Shown here: in pieces, positions 53,617 through 64,000 of the stretch
How the letters are laid out: each line of letters starts with the position of its first letter
How positions within the stretch are numbered: the stretch's first letter is position 1
Assembly: GCA_030141605.1 (NCBI GenBank)
Contig: JAQGDQ010000050.1
Coordinates: 769,827-833,826, forward strand
Direction of reading: 5' to 3'
From: Tubiluchus corallicola
Lineage: Eukaryota > Animalia > Priapulida
Length of the DNA: 64,000 nt
The notes under the pieces: generated by a model
Databases searched by the model: none
What the model saw: only the letters and a program-made list of their open reading frames with translations
Told to the model about the DNA's origin: nothing
Program-made: the position numbers and the translations under genes

Positions 53617-54282
53617 TCAAGCTGGCATAATGCCGTGCCTCAGTATTTCAATATCAGATATAATCCATGGAGTTGGCAAATTGCTTTTATTAAAAATTCT
53701 ATTAAACCTGATAAACAAGTCCGTAATAACCCGAAACACCTTACTGTCTTCTTTGAAAAATCTTACAGCAAGCACATACATGTCAATATCAAGCTGTCCA
53801 CCTGATTTATCCACTGATATCTCTTTCACACGTGTAAGCTGTATATCATCAACAGTAAATGCTAATTCTTTTCTGAGAGATGGTTCATAATTTTGCAAGG
53901 AACTGCATATCCTACTCTGACCTTCTTGAGTCACGATGCCATCAAGTTCATCAAACGCTCCCGAAGCAATAATGTTGCTGACCTTGCTAGAAGCATACTT
54001 TGACCCACTCACAAATTCTTCTAAATCAAATTCTGGATCTAGTGATGACTGTAACACATAGACATGCCATTTGCTTTTTAGCCATTCCAGTGGATTTCTA
54101 AGATTAATAACAGCAACTTTGCGAACTTTAAGATTCTCTCTCACTCTGAGTGTTGATGAGGTGTACAACTGTCGATGTAACGATGTTGAAGGCAATGAAA
54201 AACGAGTATAGTAATCAGAATGACAAAGAATATTCCTGCCAAGTTCCCAATCTTGAATCTGTGACCTGAAAAGTTTGCACAT
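53617..54282 (-). CDS. MAIP1: m-AAA protease-interacting protein 1-like (MAIP1/C2orf47, Tim44-like mitochondrial protein), 221 aa in one coding exon
   Basis: Uninterrupted ORF. NPLEWLKSKW...LDPEFDLEEFVSGSKYASSKVSNIIASGAFDELDGIV resembles, from recall, the MAIP1 motif NPF.W......FD.EF...EF..GAKQA...VS..L....F..L..LV; it ends in PWIISDI as in Tim44-like folds. The N-terminus is R/S/L-rich and presequence-like. The ATG directly follows a CCTTATAG acceptor. Confidence 0.8.
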   Translation of the reverse strand: MCKLFRSQIQDWELGRNILCHSDYYTRFSLPSTSLHRQLYTSSTLRVRENLKVRKVAVINLRNPLEWLKSKWHVYVLQSSLDPEFDLEEFVSGSKYASSKVSNIIASGAFDELDGIVTQEGQSRICSSLQNYEPSLRKELAFTVDDIQLTRVKEISVDKSGGQLDIDMYVLAVRFFKEDSKVFRVITDLFIRFNRIFNKSNLPTPWIISDIEILRHGIMPA

Positions 54283-56010
54283 CTATAAGGATGAAAATGT
54301 GAGAAATAGTTTCTTGATTTAAATATTACTGGTAGTTGGTATTATTGTGTAAATAAGAATAAAGCTTCATAAAGTTATTCTTGATTATGTCTAATTAAAT
54401 GAATATGTGGCCACAATCATTAAGATTTAAAGTGTAAAATTTGAAAATGTTTTAAAGCAGTTGTATATGAAGTTTTCTCGTGTGTAAAAAAACAGTTTGT
54501 TTCATACTCGTTACTAAAATCTTTCAACAAATTCAAATCGGCTAAGGAATGCTAAACAGCACTGATATGCTGGACTTCTATTCCAGCAGCTACAAAGCTA
54601 ACAAACTGAATCATCATTTTGTTTTACGTACCTAATTCTTTTATATAAATACAAATTTAACGGCCTATGCAGTAGGCATCCTTTTGAAGTTTAGATGGTT
54701 CCTAAGATGCAATTACAGTATCACTGGCTAACTGCAAGTTACAAAACCAGTGAGAAAATGTGCAAGGTACCAATCACAGACCCTCTCAATTGCTTTGTTT
54801 ATTTGTTGCTGTGCAGTTTCACTTCAAAATCTGGCTTCGTTTTCTCACTTGCTCAGGGTATAGAATCATTCTTTATTGGAATCATGGATCCTGATTCTAA
54901 CTAGCTTATAGTCGTAATCTTGTTCTCTGAAAAGTTCTATAATTATGGCAAATTATTATAATCTACATGCCACAATAGAATTACGTTAGGAAGAATCAGA
55001 AGGGTGTATTCCACTATTCCATGCCGTTCTAAATTTCGTTTAGAATAGCCATAACTTAGACACATCAAAACTACTTTTAAAAATAACAAATGAATAAATT
55101 GGTTATAGTACCACAACTTGGCACATCAGTCATGGTGAAACGTCAAAAGTAAAGCCAATGCCAATGGCACTGCACAATGCATACCTGAGACATAAATTAA
55201 GTAACCGTCTAACAACAGCAACACCTAAACGCTTATCCATTATGACTTTAACGTTAGTTCAAACACAGACTTGGACGAAAGAGCATATTAAGCTGTTACA
55301 TCAGCGACAACTGTTACAAACGCTAACAGTAACTAAGCAATAAGCAGTTCAATTCCATTATGCAAGTTGACATACTGTGTTATTGTAAAATCCTCACTGC
55401 GCGGTAGCACAACTTAATTCAATTCGGTCTAGTTTATTTATAGAAACACCTTTATTGCGAATTAGAATTTTTAACAGCACAACACCACGTACCAGACTAC
55501 CAGTCCACCACAAATATTGCGGATCATACAGAAAATAAAAAAAGAAAATATTTTAGTAAAGGATGATACACATGTATATATTAGTATCACAATGATGCAA
55601 AATTGATTCCAACACGATTTCAACACATTAATATTATTAAAAACAAATTAATAATAATACAGTACCAAACACACTGAACGATATAAAGTATATGTGACAG
55701 GCAATTTGCGCAGAACTTACAAACGTTTCTTTATTCTCCATTAATATGGAGGTATCAGTCAGGGATTTGAAGGTTTTATTAATTTATTTACGAATGTATT
55801 GAACGGCCATGCGAACATGCCAGATGGTGAAGTAGTGTCATTGAACTGATAGTACGTTTTGGTAGCAATAAAAGGATAGGTTGTGTTAGATACAGTACGG
55901 CACGCTACCCTATCAACATGTGGGGACATGCTATGTTTTAGAACGTTAAAGCACCTAGACGGCGAGTAAATATAATGTCTTTCAACAAATCTTGTGCAGC
56001 GATAACTTAC

Positions 56011-56140
56011 ATTTTGAAAAATACGCAGCCGCAGAACGTGTGATAAAAAAATAAATATTATGGGCTATTTACAGTCTGTAGTCGAAAACGGGAACAAACA
56101 AAACTTTGGTACGCTCCAAGCCCTTTCAAGAGACAGGTCG
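56011..56140. promoter_or_regulatory. Putative compact bidirectional promoter MAIP1-like / GTF2H2
   Basis: Outward-facing donors ~130 bp apart: minus-strand GTAAGT (ACTTAC 56005-56010) and plus-strand GTCGGT/GTAAGG (56137/56141). Both genes have an acceptor shortly before their ATG (54283 minus; 59264 plus), implying upstream exons. Locally CpG-richer. Confidence 0.5.
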
Positions 56141-56285
56141 GTAAGGTTTCCAGCGGTGCGTGTGCAATAAGCGTGTGCCACCATGTTTGATCTTATTAGA
56201 GGTTGTGTGCTGCGTCTTGATCCCTGTGTTCAGTACTAAATGAAACTAACCTTGTCGAATAATCGTGTTATTATCATTTTTCCCG

Positions 56286-57027
56286 GGCGCTATTACACTT
56301 TCGCACCGCCTAGCTTTTCCTGGCCTATTGGTTGTTTTCACGCCTGCAGGCCAGAAAGCAGACCAACAGGCGTAATATACACCATATTCCCATAATATTA
56401 TTGCTGCGTACGCTTTATAAGTCCAGATTAAAATCAGATTAAAATCACGCATTACTTACCTACAGCCGCCATTAAAAGCTGCACGTGAATAACCGTGTTT
56501 ACATCACTGATGCGCTTTCACTCTCGCGCAGTGACGTATGTGGCCCTTAACCTGTATTTTTAGTTTCTTCACATAATTTATGATTATTAGGGTTGCAGCT
56601 ACGGGAGTTTGTATCGTATCACGGGTGGGCCTGGAACGGAACAGTTATTTATCATTAATTTTATTTATTACTGTAGTATTATTACTATTAGATTATAAAA
56701 AAGTAAAGGTTTTTTCTTTATTTCGTAAATGCGGTGAAGATGAAAGTGTGTCACGTCCTTTTAAGCTAGGCCCTGATAATGCATAAACTAGTACGAAATT
56801 CGTCACGTGACTACACACACAATCAAGATGGCGCTACGCCCTGTATAGGTGTAGAACTGTGAATACAGCGTAATTATTCGTAATTATACCTAAATATATG
56901 ATTAAATTACAATTAGATTAGCGGAAACATTCACTGATGACGTAAGAATAATAGAATGATGACGTACGAGCCTAAAAACGAGTAATAACCTAGAAAAAGC
57001 TAGGCGGTGCGAAAGTGTAATAGCGCC
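56286..57027. mobile_element. Non-autonomous TIR transposon (MITE), Merlin-like, copy 2 (742 bp)
   Basis: Same 33-bp TIRs and same orientation as copy 1; 9-bp TSD TTTTTCCCG (56277-56285 / 57028-57036). Confidence 0.9.
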
Positions 57028-57487
57028 TTTTTCCCGTCATATATAAATAATTTATCATAATAGATAAGCTTGTTGTTTCAGTTACACATGTACGTTACAC
57101 ACCTCTTTTGAAGGGGCCTTGGTCCGCTTATTCCATGCTATGTATGTAGACCAGCCCATGTACCGCACAGTGCTTTACATGACGCTTGACAGGCTGCACT
57201 CTGCAGTTTGCATTACCAAACTTGGGCAAAGTACAAACTATCTTTACTCTGATTTTTAATTTGTGTAGTTTGCAGTTTAGGTGGTTCTTTTTTAATGCAG
57301 TCTCACATCACCCAAATAAAAAATATCGCTAAAAGTAAAAGCTGGGCTCCAATAGAAAGATGCATGTTTTATCTGTACACTAGTGTAAGGAAAAGTTCAA
57401 ACTTAGCTACACAAATCAATCGGTCTTCGGCACGTTTGACTGGTGAGTTTTCTTTTACGAGAGTTTTCTCTCTTATACAGTTATAGC

Positions 57488-57820
57488 AAACTCGCAAGAG
57501 AGTTACGTTACTTTCAGACTAGCGAGTTTTCTGTCACAAGCTTTCTCTCTGACATCAACCAAACTTAAAAGTGTGAAGTGCTTTGCGAGTTACTGTCGGC
57601 AAGTTATTATAAACTCTCCGACAGTTACTTGACTTGATGCTCTTGAGAGTTACTTGGTGAGCTACTGTGAGTTTACTTGGCGAGAGAACTCTAGTCTGAA
57701 TGCGCCGGTTACTTAGCGAGTTACTGTCGGCAAGAAATTTCAAGCTCTCTGACACTGAACAAGCTTATGAGTTACTTGGTGAGTTAATTGAGTGAGACGA
57801 TTCGCTATGCTGAATGCACT
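57488..57820. repeat. Degenerate GAGTTACT-rich repeat, PIF/Harbinger-MITE-like fragments
   Basis: Repeated GCGAGTTACTGTCGGCAAG and GAGTTACTTGGTGAG units; two ends resembling AGTCTGAATGCGCC. Confidence 0.45.
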
Positions 57821-58308
57821 ATTAGTGGTTAATGAATGACCTGGAAGTGGTGCTGACAAGCCATTGGCATAGCAGTATTTCATTTTTTTTATTTACTACT
57901 CCGTTTACCTATCTTGAGTGCAGACTTCTTTTATTTTAGAATTCTGGCTGCGCAACGTCTACAATAGATGTAGTTGTCATGATGATGATGATGAAGAGCA
58001 TGGGAGCAGCCCTGGCAATTTTATAGGTCAATATTGATATGCTGAACAATGTTCACTGACATTGTATACTGAGAAGTGAAATGAGAAAAATGCCCACATG
58101 AAGGGAGTGATTAAATTTTATGTGTTTACAATTATCTATTAGAGTGTTTAGTGTGAAGAACCAGTGGCATTGTGAGTCTGCATCTGCAATAGTTAGCCAG
58201 ATCAGTATAATCTTAAATTCTCGATAACGTGACTGCAGCAACAACAAGTCTGTGCCATGCACTGATGGCAGTACATCCACAAGTTTGTATAATTATGTAG
58301 TCCAATAG

Positions 58309-59131
58309 CAGGGGTGTCGTGCACCAAAAAAAATTAGGGGGGCCTGACTGTATATAATGGCGGAACTTGACTGTTTAAAAAACGTATAATTTTGAATTCC
58401 CACACAGTATTTTGCGTGCAAGAAAAACGATTTATTTATTCCCAACTGGCATTTAACTTAAAGCTATAGTAACAGAAACTTAATTAAAATTAAAAATTAA
58501 TTTAAAATTTAATTAAGTATTTATTAGCTGTCAGGAATCCAAAGATTCGACGAAAAGACGACTACCAAAACATATGTACCTTTAATTTAATATTTTTAAT
58601 AATTACACTTTTTATTCCGAGGCAAGATGAAGATGTTGCACAAACAACAAACGTTATTTTTAAATGATTCAGCAGCACAAGTCATAGCCAACAACATAAC
58701 ATGAATACTGTAGGTATTCACTCACCGACAATTGACCTGGCTTGACTGTTGATAATGACTAATTTTTTTCTAAGTGTAAGGAGACGCATCACAATTTAAT
58801 CAGAGACAATCGGCTTTCTAATCCAGCTAACACTGCAAGTGCTTATATAAGAAAGGGGGAAGCAATATCATTGGCCCAGTGCAAGTTAAATAGCGGCATA
58901 GCCATGAGAGCAGAGGATAATCAATGCAACAATTAGACTTTAGATTCAGTCAATAATCATACCTATGTGTATATATAATCGCATATCATGCCTACAGTGG
59001 GAGATTTCACCGTTCCTCAAAATATTACACCTTATTGGTCTCATTACGAGCTGACACCCTTGAAATTTTTGACATTTTCTAAAAAATTGGGGGGGGGCAG
59101 CCCCCCGGGCCCCTATAGCACGACACCACTG
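58309..59131. mobile_element. Non-autonomous TIR transposon, 823 bp, 7-bp TSD
   Basis: TIR CAGGGGTGTCGTGC ... GCACGACACCACTG; TSD CCAATAG (58302-58308 / 59132-59138); G-run subterminal motifs. Confidence 0.8.
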
Positions 59132-59336
59132 CCAATAGTAAGGTAAATTGGAGCTTAAAAAAATAGAAATGTGCCAAAGCCTTGAATTCTCTATAGCAGT
59201 AGTATTCATAAACTTTGATGGTATTACATTGTGAACCATCTTGAGATTTGTACATGTTTTGTAGGTCTTTGTTATTCTTGAAGGTCTGAGACTGAAAGTC
59301 TGACAATTGGCAGTGGACTATTTTCACTGTGCTTGT

Positions 59337-63955
<4,619 letters not shown>

Positions 63956-64000
63956 GTAATTTTCAAATATTTTTAAAAGAAACATATATTAAAGTTAATA

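Noticed and set aside
57979-58064. C/D box snoRNA (ATGATGA...CTGA)
   Set aside because: The C box comes from an (ATG)n microsatellite and no rRNA-complementary guide could be recognised.

Overview
AT-rich, intron-rich animal (probably invertebrate) genomic DNA, not prokaryotic. It holds four spliced genes arranged as two head-to-head pairs. ALG3 (minus, 9 exons, complete, 446 aa) diverges from a large TRIM-NHL E3 ligase gene (plus; RING/B-box/coiled-coil/filamin/NHL, TRIM2/3-like). A MAIP1/C2orf47-like gene (minus) diverges from GTF2H2/TFIIH-p44 (plus, runs off the window end). Introns are packed with non-autonomous DNA transposons (a Merlin-like MITE pair with 33-bp TIRs and 8/9-bp TSDs, nested hAT MITEs, pogo-like and foldback-like elements), LINE fragments, tRNA-derived SINEs and tandem repeats. 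The most interesting signals are in TRIM splicing. One is a phase-compatible set of tiny upstream exons (26, 50 coding, 25 and possibly 7 nt) spread over ~23 kb that could build alternative N-termini. The other is a GC donor with an in-frame GT competitor inside the B-box. All exon structures were inferred by eye from splice signals, reading frame and recalled family motifs; no database search or RNA evidence was available.
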